Of a stretch of DNA of 64,000 nt, positions 10,245 to 18,701 are shown in pieces; positions within the stretch are counted from its first letter, which is position 1, and each line of letters opens with the position of its first letter. The notes under the pieces were generated by a model, which saw only the letters and a list, made by a program, of their open reading frames with translations, did no database searches and was not told the DNA's origin. Where the stretch lies: contig CAYUFM010000001.1 in assembly GCA_964444225.1 (NCBI GenBank), positions 26,216 through 90,215 on the forward strand, read 5' to 3'. The DNA is from an uncultured Candidatus Saccharibacteria bacterium. Lineage in GTDB: Bacteria > Patescibacteriota > Saccharimonadia > Saccharimonadales > 2-12-FULL-41-12. Both the position numbers and the translations under genes were made by a program.

Positions 10245-11138
10245 TTATACAGACGATCTAGTCTGTATGCCAATCTGTTTAGTGGTAACCTCAAAATATC
10301 TATTTTTATCAATATCGGTTTTTGCTCCTGGCTTTAGAGTTTTGAGTTCATTTACTAATTTTTCGACTCGTTTTTTATCGTGCTTTGCGCCAAGTTCTTT
10401 GAGCCAAAAAACCATTAACTCGCAAGCAATTTTATGTGGTAAAGATACAAAAAAACTCCGGTCGAAGCATTGTTTTTGTTTATCATATCCATGACTAAAA
10501 ATACCTTCAATAAGCTGGTCCATCTCTAAGTTTCTAGCCGAGTTTGCAGACAACAAATCTTCTAGTTTTCCTTTTTGGCTGGGCGAAACTTCTTTTAAAA
10601 ATTTTCTGATTTTGTTACGAGTATATTTGGTTGATAAATTTGTCGGATCTTCACACCATACCAATTTTTTCTGTTTAGCGTATTTTAAAACTTCCGCCTT
10701 TCTATAGTCTAGTAGCGGACGAATGATTTTATCGGTAGTTCTGAGCGAAGTTAATCCAGATCTGGCTGTACCTCGTAACAAATTAAAAACCGCCGTTTCT
10801 AGTAGATCGTCTTTGTGATGAGCTGTAACTATCGCGTCAGCGCTATACTTTTTTACTGCTGATTCAAGAAATTTATAGCGCCGCGTCCGAGCCACTTCTT
10901 CGCTGGCGTCTGGACCTAAATTCTCTCTTTTATATTCAAATTGTAGCCCGTAATTTCTGGCTAGATCCTGTACGAACTTTCTGTCATTTACAGAATCTTC
11001 CCGAATACCATGGTCAAAGTGTGCCACTATGAATTCGCAATTACTCTGTTTATATAGCAAATCCAGCAGAACTACTGAGTCGACTCCGCCACTAACCGCC
11101 ACAACATATTTTCCTGGCTCAATATAAAACTTCATCAT
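10245..11138 (-). CDS. tilS: tRNA(Ile)-lysidine synthetase TilS
   Basis: PP-loop VAVSGGVDSVVLL (SGGxDS). Length 297 aa. Confidence 0.85.
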   Translation of the reverse strand: MMKFYIEPGKYVVAVSGGVDSVVLLDLLYKQSNCEFIVAHFDHGIREDSVNDRKFVQDLARNYGLQFEYKRENLGPDASEEVARTRRYKFLESAVKKYSADAIVTAHHKDDLLETAVFNLLRGTARSGLTSLRTTDKIIRPLLDYRKAEVLKYAKQKKLVWCEDPTNLSTKYTRNKIRKFLKEVSPSQKGKLEDLLSANSARNLEMDQLIEGIFSHGYDKQKQCFDRSFFVSLPHKIACELMVFWLKELGAKHDKKRVEKLVNELKTLKPGAKTDIDKNRYFEVTTKQIGIQTRSSV

Positions 11139-11152
11139 ATAATCTTAACAGT

Positions 11153-11710
11153 ATGAGTTTGGTTTTTTGCACCTCTAACGATATTAAGTTTGAATCTGCT
11201 CAATTTGCTTGTCAAGAATTTGGAGTAGAGCTCGAAAGAGCTTCTCATGAAGTTGATGAAGTTCAATCAGAAGATCCGCAATATATATTAAGCCAAAAGA
11301 TAATCGCAATGTACAAAAAAATCCAAAAACCTCTGGTTGTATCTGACGATTCCTGGAGTATTCCTGCACTAAACGGTTTCCCCGGCCCTTACATGAAATC
11401 TGTTAACCACTGGTTTTCTGGGCAAGATTGGGTGAATCTAATGTTGGGTCATAAAGATAAGCGAATTTTCTTGATTGCCAGATTGGCGTATATAGACAGT
11501 GACGAGGTGGTGACAACTTTTGAGGAGACGTATGAACGTAAATTTCTTGAAAAAGCATCGTCTCGACCAGGCGTACCTATTCTTCAGGCAACGAGTTTCC
11601 CTGATTCAGACATCCCTAATAATGAGAGGCAAGCAGATGACCCTAGAGGATACCATTCTCAGCGCAAAGTGTGGGCAGACTTCCTCAATTGGTATAAAAC
11701 TAACCAATGA
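11153..11710 (+). CDS. non-canonical purine NTP pyrophosphatase (Ham1/RdgB-like)
   Basis: LVFCTSNDIKF...VVSDDSWSIPALNGFPGPYMK matches the Ham1 family pattern (xxTxNxxK ... DDSGL.V.AL.G.PG.YS). Confidence 0.6.
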   Translation: MSLVFCTSNDIKFESAQFACQEFGVELERASHEVDEVQSEDPQYILSQKIIAMYKKIQKPLVVSDDSWSIPALNGFPGPYMKSVNHWFSGQDWVNLMLGHKDKRIFLIARLAYIDSDEVVTTFEETYERKFLEKASSRPGVPILQATSFPDSDIPNNERQADDPRGYHSQRKVWADFLNWYKTNQ

Positions 11711-12246
11711 AAAATTTATATTATATACGTCACGGTGAAACAGACTCCAATAAGTTTAGGATGTGGTCAGAGTTTGACACTCCACTCAATGCAACTGGTT
11801 ACGAGCAAGCAAAGTTGGCGGCAAAACAGCTAAAAGATTCTGGCATAAAATTTGACCTGATCGTCACTTCTACTCAGCCTCGAGCCTACGAAATGGCTGA
11901 TATTATTGCTGATACTGTCAATTACCCTAAAGAGTCTGTGCTGAGAGATCCAGATGCACACGAAAGACGATGTGGAGTACTGGAAGGTACAAAAAACCTA
12001 GAAGCCTCGGAAGAATACCGCAAAGACGAGAGAGCCATAGATAAATACGAAGGCGTGGAAAAATTAACAGACATGGAAGATCGGGTAAATAAATTTTATG
12101 AAAAACTAAAAAACTTACCCCAAGACACAATCTTGGTTGTAGGACACAGTGCATTCGGTCGTGCTTTGCGAAGAAAAATAAACAACGAGCCATACTCAGA
12201 CAATGAAGGAAGCCTTCAAAACGCCAAACTATACAAATTCATCTAG
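11707..12246 (+). CDS. histidine phosphatase family protein (phosphoglycerate-mutase-like)
   Basis: RHGET motif at the N-terminus (YYIRHGETDSN). Confidence 0.65.
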   Translation: MKNLYYIRHGETDSNKFRMWSEFDTPLNATGYEQAKLAAKQLKDSGIKFDLIVTSTQPRAYEMADIIADTVNYPKESVLRDPDAHERRCGVLEGTKNLEASEEYRKDERAIDKYEGVEKLTDMEDRVNKFYEKLKNLPQDTILVVGHSAFGRALRRKINNEPYSDNEGSLQNAKLYKFI

Positions 12247-12285
12247 CTAACAGATGTAAAATGTGATATATTTAGCACCTAGTAT

Positions 12286-12315
12286 GGCAGCGTAGCTCAG
12301 TTGGTTAGAGCGCAG
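12286..12315 (+). repeat. 30-nt orphan copy of the tRNA-Met 5' end (acceptor stem and D-arm)
   Basis: GGCAGCGTAGCTCAGTTGGTTAGAGCGCAG is identical to nt 1-30 of the intact tRNA 51 nt downstream, then diverges. No anticodon arm can be folded. Confidence 0.6.
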
Positions 12316-12336
12316 AAGATTAACATTTTGGTTGGG

Positions 12337-12413
12337 GGCAGCGTAGCTCAGTTGGTTAGAGCGCAGGACTCATAAGCCTGAGGTCACTGGTTCAAACCCA
12401 GTCGCTGCTACCA
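12337..12413 (+). tRNA. tRNA-Met (CAU), elongator type
   Basis: Cloverleaf GGCAGCG-TA-GCTC-AGTTGGTTA-GAGC-G-CAGGA-CTCATAA-GCCTG-AGGTC-ACTGG-TTCAAAC-CCAGT-CGCTGCT-A-CCA. Close to E. coli elongator tRNA-Met in the D-arm and T-arm. Confidence 0.85.
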
Positions 12414-12587
12414 ACCTAACTGTTAATCAGGACCCATAATCGAGGATGCGCACAGATGCTCGGCATCGAGCACACCGCAAGATTATATGCGCGAAGGCGC
12501 TATAAAGCCTGTGATTGAAGATTCGCTCGAGAAGTTTCTCTCGCTTAGACAAGCAAAGAAAACATAAATATCTAACAGATATTTATG

Positions 12588-12619
12588 GGTCACTGGTTCA
12601 AACCCAGTCGCTGCTACCA
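12588..12619 (+). repeat. 32-nt orphan copy of the tRNA-Met 3' end (variable loop, T-arm, acceptor 3' strand, CCA)
   Basis: GGTCACTGGTTCAAACCCAGTCGCTGCTACCA is identical to the 3' end of the intact tRNA 175 nt upstream. It is preceded by a perfect 10-bp hairpin (ATAAATATCT-AAC-AGATATTTAT). Confidence 0.6.
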
Positions 12620-12639
12620 AAAACGCATTAAATTAAAAT

Positions 12640-12671
12640 AACCCCAGGTCTAGAAACTGGGGTTATTTTTT
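12640..12671 (+). terminator. rho-independent terminator
   Basis: AACCCCAG-GTCTAGAAA-CTGGGGTT hairpin followed by ATTTTTT. Confidence 0.6.
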
Positions 12672-13148
12672 GCCAATTTTAAAGTTGGTTTAGTAAAGCA
12701 TCAATTTTCTTGATGTTTTGGTTCTCTGTTGAAGAGAACTCGTAAGCTAATGAAACCGCATTCATCGTTTGCTCACTTTCTGTTTTTTAAATGTTTTTGT
12801 TTTGCACGTATCTCATATCTAGCCGTTGTAAACAGGGTTTATTTAACTTAGATAGAAACTTTTATTACGATCGAGGCGTAACCGTAGTTACATCGAGCGA
12901 GCAATAACTGTTTATAGCCAGTTAAATATAACTTGGCACAATGGAAAGGTATGAGATACGTGCTATAGTCGACTAACATACTCTATTATACACGTTTTTT
13001 GTGTTTTGTCAATAAAATTGCCCTGGGGCAATCGGCTTTACACCGCTGACGATTTTAATAAATTGTATGTTTGTTTTAGTCTACGACTAACTTAAAGTAT
13101 AGGCATTTTGGTATTTTTTACAAGAACAAAATTATAAATTCACTTCTG

Positions 13149-13925
13149 CTAAAACGCAAAAAACAGCAAAGAAAATAATGGGACGATTACCTGCAACGCC
13201 AAGAATACAATCAAAACAATAAGTAGTGGGTGCATCCGCTTTTTTGGCGCTGACATGGCTACCTTTTCTTCAACTATATTGCCGTTAGCGTCTTTTTTTA
13301 CGATGTAGGTGGTAGCTGAAAATATTTGACTGTCAGTTTTTGGGTGTTTGTCCAAATATAGTTTATGTAAAATAACCACTAAAATTGTTAGAGTCGCGTC
13401 CACGATAGCCGCTGCAGATAGTCCTCTATAGTAAAAATCACTAAAGTCACCGTCAGTAAACCAAAGCGGTGGCAACAATAACACAACAACAAGAGCCATA
13501 AATAGGTAGTTTGCTAAAATTAGACCACTGGCAAGCTTACTGATGGACGCTGCTTTTGCTAAAACTTCTGCATGAAGAGTAGCAAAAATCGCTATAAAGT
13601 AGGTCCCGTAGAGTTTGGATACGACATCTCCTGGCATAATCTCCCATATACCAAAAACAGATGTGAAAAAACTCAAAACTAAGACTATAAAAACAATATT
13701 AGAGGAAAATTGAAGTTGGTCGGCCTCTCTTATTTTGTCTCTGCTCCCCAAAAACCCAAGAGTAGCTATAGCATGAGCTGCTACTACCAATAGAGTAAAT
13801 AAGGCTTTGGCTAACGTATCAGTAAAGCCTCCGGAAAGTACTGCAATAACAGCCATAGTCGCTGCTCCTACAAGTCCTACTATCATTACATTGATTGAAA
13901 GTTTCCTGATTTCGGCAAGTTTCAT
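13149..13925 (-). CDS. polytopic membrane protein, hypothetical
   Basis: 258 aa with at least 6 hydrophobic helices. Confidence 0.5.
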   Translation of the reverse strand: MKLAEIRKLSINVMIVGLVGAATMAVIAVLSGGFTDTLAKALFTLLVVAAHAIATLGFLGSRDKIREADQLQFSSNIVFIVLVLSFFTSVFGIWEIMPGDVVSKLYGTYFIAIFATLHAEVLAKAASISKLASGLILANYLFMALVVVLLLPPLWFTDGDFSDFYYRGLSAAAIVDATLTILVVILHKLYLDKHPKTDSQIFSATTYIVKKDANGNIVEEKVAMSAPKKRMHPLLIVLIVFLALQVIVPLFSLLFFAF

Positions 13926-14041
13926 ATTTTACCTTTCACTTAGTTTGTTTTCGGATCCGAATCTAGAGATTAAACAGTTAGTAAAAAGCCATCACTATCA
14001 TCTCTTGATCTAATTTTAAAACCTAGATGTTTTTTTGGAAA

Positions 14042-14620
14042 CTAAAAAGTATTGCATATCGGTATACGAGTTTTATTACTAATTTCATTAGCTGCACTAG
14101 AATCAATAATTTTATTAGATATACAAAGAGGTTCACCGGTACCTGCACCAAATGCGAACGATCGACTACCATCATCTTGAACTTTAAAAGCGGTAATTCT
14201 AGCGGGGATTGAAGGGTTGTTTGCGCAATTTATAATATAGGCCTGAAATCCGCTAATAGGCTGGGGAGTTATTGAAGAAATAATTAAACCGTCATTATTA
14301 GTGGTTTCACATTGTGGGCTAAAACTAGACTTATCTGGTAGCGTATACAGCTTTTCTTTTGCTATAAAATCATTAATTTTTTGATTAGCACTATCCAACG
14401 CTTGATTAGTAGTATTTAAAGAGTTCTTGGCAGTTTCTAATTGCCGATGTTGCCACGAATATATCAATGTGGAAATTATTAAAGTCAACAGAGCCATTAT
14501 TAGTGCAACGATCTTCCATAATGGGCTAGGTTTTAATTTGTTAACGCTATTTATTTGAGTATTATTTGACGAGAAATTATTTTGATATTCCATGGGTGCA
14601 TTATTGCACAATAAGGTCAA
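14042..14620 (-). CDS. membrane-anchored hypothetical protein with a Cys-containing extracytoplasmic domain
   Basis: Single N-terminal TM (IVALIMALLTLIISTLIY) and four Cys in the C-terminal half. Confidence 0.4.
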   Translation of the reverse strand: MTLLCNNAPMEYQNNFSSNNTQINSVNKLKPSPLWKIVALIMALLTLIISTLIYSWQHRQLETAKNSLNTTNQALDSANQKINDFIAKEKLYTLPDKSSFSPQCETTNNDGLIISSITPQPISGFQAYIINCANNPSIPARITAFKVQDDGSRSFAFGAGTGEPLCISNKIIDSSAANEISNKTRIPICNTF

Positions 14621-14723
14621 TGCATAAACATTTAGATTTACTAGTAATCATCGACCCAGATTACTAAAATAAAGACCCTGGACGGGTTGGGATTTTGTTT
14701 TTTAATGACCCATCCAGAGATGG

Positions 14724-15179
14724 ATGGTCTGTTCGGATTTATATTGCTATATTATCCATATGGACAATCTGGCAAAAAAATACCTTGCACTTTTTGTTAG
14801 TATCTTAAGCGGACTTCTTGCGGTTATTTTAATTTTTAGATTTTTAAAGCAACAACACGGCTTACTTCCACTACTAAACGATACTTGGTATGCTGGCGTT
14901 ATTCTTATTGGCTTAATTTTTATTTTTTCTTTTAGTCTTTATAAATTACTAAATAAGCCAACTAGTAAAAATAGCCACGATACCCATATGTTGATATTTA
15001 CGCTGGGTATTTTTCTTATAGTAACTTCTCTCCCAATTAGTATTTTGTTGCATTTTGTTGATTTTATTGGCCCCGGTGGATACCCAATTATATCTTTCGA
15101 TAGTTTAGGTCGGATACTAATGATTATTATGCCAGTTATAGGCATATTATTAGTCGTTAAGGTTAGGCCGGGTAGATAA
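14724..15179 (+). CDS. membrane protein, hypothetical
   Basis: 151 aa with four predicted TM helices. Confidence 0.45.
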   Translation: MVCSDLYCYIIHMDNLAKKYLALFVSILSGLLAVILIFRFLKQQHGLLPLLNDTWYAGVILIGLIFIFSFSLYKLLNKPTSKNSHDTHMLIFTLGIFLIVTSLPISILLHFVDFIGPGGYPIISFDSLGRILMIIMPVIGILLVVKVRPGR

Positions 15180-15387
15180 GGTTGTGCCATATTACCAAAA
15201 AGAAAACCCGTCACAAAGACGGAACCTCTTTTTGGTTGCGGGGGTAGGACTCGGTCACGTTCCGCAACCCCGTCACAACTTCTTTGCAAAGCCAGTCTGC
15301 AAGAGTTGACTCCCTTACAGACAGTCCCCAGCTGTCTTCACCTTCGACCTTTTTAGCGTCGTAGGCTATAAATCTTAGCTCAACACT

Positions 15388-15415
15388 AAAACAAAAGCCC
15401 GCCTTTTCGGCGGGC
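15388..15415 (-). terminator. rho-independent terminator downstream of tRNA-fMet
   Basis: On the minus strand: GCCCGCC-GAAAA-GGCGGGC followed by TTTTGTTTT. This makes the overlapping 68-aa ORF (15211..15417) unlikely to be real. Confidence 0.6.
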
Positions 15416-15421
15416 ACTTGT

Positions 15422-15496
15422 TTTGGTAGCGGGGGTAGGACTCGAACCTACGACCTTGTGGTTATGAGCCACACGAGCTGCCACTGCTCTACCCCG
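15422..15496 (-). tRNA. tRNA-Met (CAU), initiator (fMet)-like
   Basis: CGCGGGG-TA-GAGC-AGTGGCA-GCTC-G-TGTGG-CTCATAA-CCACA-AGGTC-GTAGG-TTCGAGT-CCTAC-CCCCGCT-A-CCA. Near-identical in layout to E. coli tRNA-fMet, including an unpaired 1:72 position (C1 opposite U72) and A73. Confidence 0.8.
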
Positions 15497-15514
15497 CGAT
15501 AAATTAACTTCACC

Positions 15515-15543
15515 AAATTGTATCAAACAGAGGTAGAAAAGTC
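15515..15543 (-). promoter_or_regulatory. sigma70-like promoter for tRNA-fMet
   Basis: Minus strand TTGACT-N17-TACAAT, ending about 18 nt before the mature tRNA 5' end. Confidence 0.5.
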
Positions 15544-15657
15544 AATATACCTTCAAAATTTGATTTAATCAATTAAGGTTAAGAAAACTTATTGCATAAT
15601 ATGAAATTAGGGCTTCGTCAATTTTTAGAGTATAATTATAGTTAAAGACGGAGTTAT

Positions 15658-15714
15658 ATGCCTAGAGATAAGGGTCGCAAAGAGACCAAAAAACCTAAGA
15701 AAGCGAAAGCCTAA
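15658..15714 (+). CDS. possible 18-aa lysine-rich peptide (MPRDKGRKETKKPKKAKA)
   Basis: Perfect TATAAT at 15631-15636 and GGAG 4 nt before the ATG. Too short to score; speculative. Confidence 0.2.
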   Translation: MPRDKGRKETKKPKKAKA

Positions 15715-15718
15715 TATC

Positions 15719-15967
15719 ATGGCTACAGTAAAAAAACGTATAAGCTTTTTTGATTCGGAAGAAGGTATAATGGTAAAAGAAGCCTTAGACACAATGGCTA
15801 ACGATAAAGCCTACAACACCTCAGACAGCTACAGCGCAAATATAGCTCAGAACCCTAATAATCTCATTACATTTACCGACAAGCACATGAACTACCTTAA
15901 TTCACACCCAAAAATAGACCCCAAGCAATACATTGCCAACCTCCGCTTGATGACTAAAATCAAATAA
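15719..15967 (+). CDS. hypothetical protein (82 aa)
   Basis: ORF only. Confidence 0.35.
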   Translation: MATVKKRISFFDSEEGIMVKEALDTMANDKAYNTSDSYSANIAQNPNNLITFTDKHMNYLNSHPKIDPKQYIANLRLMTKIK

Positions 15968-16039
15968 AACTTGATAAAAATCACAGTCAATGTGTGACTA
16001 GTCTCAACTTATGACGGCTTAAAATCTGCTTAAATATAG

Positions 16040-16576
16040 GTGGAGGTAAGGGTCATGTACAATCTGCCAACACCAAGATCCCGCCAGAGCAATCTGCGCA
16101 CAAGGACATTCGACTTCGGTTTTTCTGCACATATTACCCCTACCATGCATCAACAACGGATTATTAGTGAGCTGAAAAATTTAGGAGTCTCAAGAGCAGG
16201 ACTGTCTACAATGGAGAGTCATTATTTGCATAATATAATCCATGTCGACGAAACAGTAGGTGGGGTTGTGTATGGCGATCATGACGACGGTTTTGTCATG
16301 TTGGTCGCAACTAACCGACGGATTGTTTTTTTAGACGTAAAGCCTTTTTTTGTTAACGAAGACGAAATTAATTATGGCGTTGTCAGCGGGGTAAACTATA
16401 GCCACTTTGCACTCTGGACCAATGTTACACTTCATACTCGAATTAAGGATATTCATATTAGGACTTACAATAAAAAATGCTCTGAAGGGTTTGTTAAATA
16501 TATAGAAGAATATATAGAACTTAGGTCACTGGAACGTAACATAAGAAAAAATGAGACTATTCATAATTTTATTTAG
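16040..16576 (+). CDS. hypothetical protein, possible bacterial PH-like domain
   Basis: GFVMLVATNRRIVFLDVKPFF resembles bPH_2-type domains. Weak. Confidence 0.4.
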   Translation: MEVRVMYNLPTPRSRQSNLRTRTFDFGFSAHITPTMHQQRIISELKNLGVSRAGLSTMESHYLHNIIHVDETVGGVVYGDHDDGFVMLVATNRRIVFLDVKPFFVNEDEINYGVVSGVNYSHFALWTNVTLHTRIKDIHIRTYNKKCSEGFVKYIEEYIELRSLERNIRKNETIHNFI

Positions 16577-17335
16577 CTAGTTGGCGTCGCGACGATTCAG
16601 AAGATACAAAGTAAGTAGCCAAAATACAACGATATAGATACAGACTATTAAGGCTGACTTTCCGGGTGATAGAGGTTGTTGTATAAGTGTAGTTTGTCCT
16701 GTCTGAGCAAACATAACTTGGTTGAGCGCACTAAATGGTAGATATGCGGTGTTGTCCTTTAGCACCAAACCTAGCAGCCCTTCCATAGTGCCCGGGGCTA
16801 TAAAATATGTGGCTATAGTCCCTATTTGGTTGCGAATAATACCACCCATAATTAGCCCAAACATTGCAATTGCAGCCGATCCAAAGATAGCTCGCCAGAT
16901 GATTTGACCAAAATCTACTATTTGGTCAACCGGATTAGCGCCGGATAGCGACAACCCCCATTTAGAAAAAACAAGTGTGAAAAATACGATTAGAGCGCCC
17001 AAGACTACAGCAAAGACTGATACAACTATACTCTTAGTCATTAATACTCTAAAGCGGTTTTTTGCAGAAGTAAGAGTGTAGCTAATAGTGTTATAGCGAT
17101 ATTCATGGGTGAATAAAAGTAAGCTGACAATACCTGTGAAGAACAGTGTGTTATTCAGTATAAAAAATACTGAATCTTGCGTTCTGTATTGATTCCCGGC
17201 CTCGAAGGATCGAGTATTAATCCCAAAAACATAAAAACTCAAAAACACAGAAAGTAAGATAGCAATTATAGACAGAACATAAGTTGAGCGAACAGTTAAT
17301 AATTTCCTAAATTCAGCTCGCAAAGAATTTATCAT
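16577..17335 (-). CDS. ABC-2 type transporter permease
   Basis: 252 aa, six TM helices, translationally coupled to the upstream ATPase (4-nt overlap). Confidence 0.7.
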   Translation of the reverse strand: MINSLRAEFRKLLTVRSTYVLSIIAILLSVFLSFYVFGINTRSFEAGNQYRTQDSVFFILNNTLFFTGIVSLLLFTHEYRYNTISYTLTSAKNRFRVLMTKSIVVSVFAVVLGALIVFFTLVFSKWGLSLSGANPVDQIVDFGQIIWRAIFGSAAIAMFGLIMGGIIRNQIGTIATYFIAPGTMEGLLGLVLKDNTAYLPFSALNQVMFAQTGQTTLIQQPLSPGKSALIVCIYIVVFWLLTLYLLNRRDAN

Positions 17336-18249
17336 TTCTTGCCTTTCTTGGACGGTTTGGCCTGATATTCAACAGTACCTGAGGTAATCTCTAAGAAAAC
17401 ATCTTCTAGTGATGCTGTCCGATTTGTCAGCTCCAGCACAGGAACTTTTGCCTTAAACAAAATTTCACCCAAAGTGTCGCTATCAACACCATAAACTTCC
17501 ACGCCATTTTCGCTAGATTTTAACTCTAACTTAGCACTAGTAAGTGCGGTTTTTAAGAGTTTTTTTGCCGAGCTTCTCACATAAACAGACTGGTGGCCTT
17601 TGCCATCAATCAGACTCTTTACTGATGTGTCGGCTATCATCTTACCTTTACCGATGACAACTACATTATCCGCCATAAGTGAAAGTTCGCTTAATAAGTG
17701 ACTTGATATAAAAACGGCGTTACCCTTAGTGGCATAATCTTTAATAAATTCACGTAGCCATGCAATACCTTCTGGGTCTAGGCCATTAGCAGGCTCGTCC
17801 AAAAGCAAATATTTTGGCTTGCCCAAAATTGCCGCTGCAATACCAAGGCGCTGGCTCATTCCTAATGAGAATTTACCTGGTCTTTTCTTTGCAACATCTG
17901 TTAGGCCTACGATTTCTAAAACTTCATCAACTCTAGCGTCACTAATGCCACTTGCTGCGGCCAAAACTCGCAGATGATTGCGGGCTGTCCGCGTAGGATG
18001 AAAGGCCTTGGCTTCCAGCAAGATACCAACCGTCTTAGATGGAATATCATTTTCAAAAAGACCCCTATCTTCAAACGTTGTTTTGCCGGCACCTTGGTCT
18101 AGACCCAACATTAGGCGCATTGTGGTAGATTTACCGGACCCGTTTGGTCCCAAAAAGCCAGTAACCTTACCTGTCTCAACTTCAAAAGACAAATTATCAA
18201 CCGCAGTCTTTTTGCGGTATTTTTTGGTAAGATTTTTTGCCTGAATCAC
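17332..18249 (-). CDS. ABC transporter ATP-binding protein
   Basis: Walker A GPNGSGKST, signature LSGG-like (FSLGMSQRL), Walker B LLLDEP. Confidence 0.9.
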   Translation of the reverse strand: MIQAKNLTKKYRKKTAVDNLSFEVETGKVTGFLGPNGSGKSTTMRLMLGLDQGAGKTTFEDRGLFENDIPSKTVGILLEAKAFHPTRTARNHLRVLAAASGISDARVDEVLEIVGLTDVAKKRPGKFSLGMSQRLGIAAAILGKPKYLLLDEPANGLDPEGIAWLREFIKDYATKGNAVFISSHLLSELSLMADNVVVIGKGKMIADTSVKSLIDGKGHQSVYVRSSAKKLLKTALTSAKLELKSSENGVEVYGVDSDTLGEILFKAKVPVLELTNRTASLEDVFLEITSGTVEYQAKPSKKGKK

Positions 18250-18419
18250 TATAAATTATTATATACTAGAGTTACCTATTTAGGCATGAGTTTTCGTCGC
18301 GCGCGGACTCCATAGTCTATCAGGCTCTTAATACTCGGATAATCATACTACGGTCCCTGTGCATCCTTAATCATAAATTTCTCATCAAAAACTTAATTTA
18401 TTGTTAAGGATTTTCTCTT

Positions 18420-18701
18420 ATGGACCCAAATAAAATTGTAGACCAGCGCATTGAGGTAGTCGTTGGCTTTTGGCAAGGTCGACCGGCTAGCCAAATTTGC
18501 GCGCCACTAAAAATGCGCTGGAAAAATAAAGAAATAGTTTTCTCCGAGCTGGGGCTACGCCACCCCACCATGAAAGGCCAACGCATGGTGCATGTTTTTG
18601 ACATGAGCGACGGATATAATGACTACCGCCTAGAATTTGATGCCGAGGCGCTAACCTGGACTCTGGCCGCCATGATGAGCAAGGAGCAAACCTATGATTA
18701 A
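18420..18701 (+). CDS. hypothetical protein (93 aa), translationally coupled to the Y-family polymerase
   Basis: Stop TAA overlaps the ATG of the next gene by 8 nt. No S24 peptidase motifs, so it is not a canonical UmuD. Confidence 0.45.
   Translation: MDPNKIVDQRIEVVVGFWQGRPASQICAPLKMRWKNKEIVFSELGLRHPTMKGQRMVHVFDMSDGYNDYRLEFDAEALTWTLAAMMSKEQTYD

Noticed and set aside
12286-12619. tmRNA or an intron-containing/split tRNA as an explanation for the tRNA-Met fragments
   Set aside because: The internal copy is a complete, canonical tRNA identical to the fragments. There is no tag-peptide reading frame or T-loop-like tmRNA 3' domain. No complementary anticodon-stem strand exists to join the outer fragments.
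15211-15417. 68-aa minus-strand ORF (GTG start) directly downstream of tRNA-fMet
   Set aside because: Its 5' end is the tRNA terminator hairpin plus T-run, and the rest overlaps the end of the convergent membrane-protein gene. It is most likely non-coding.
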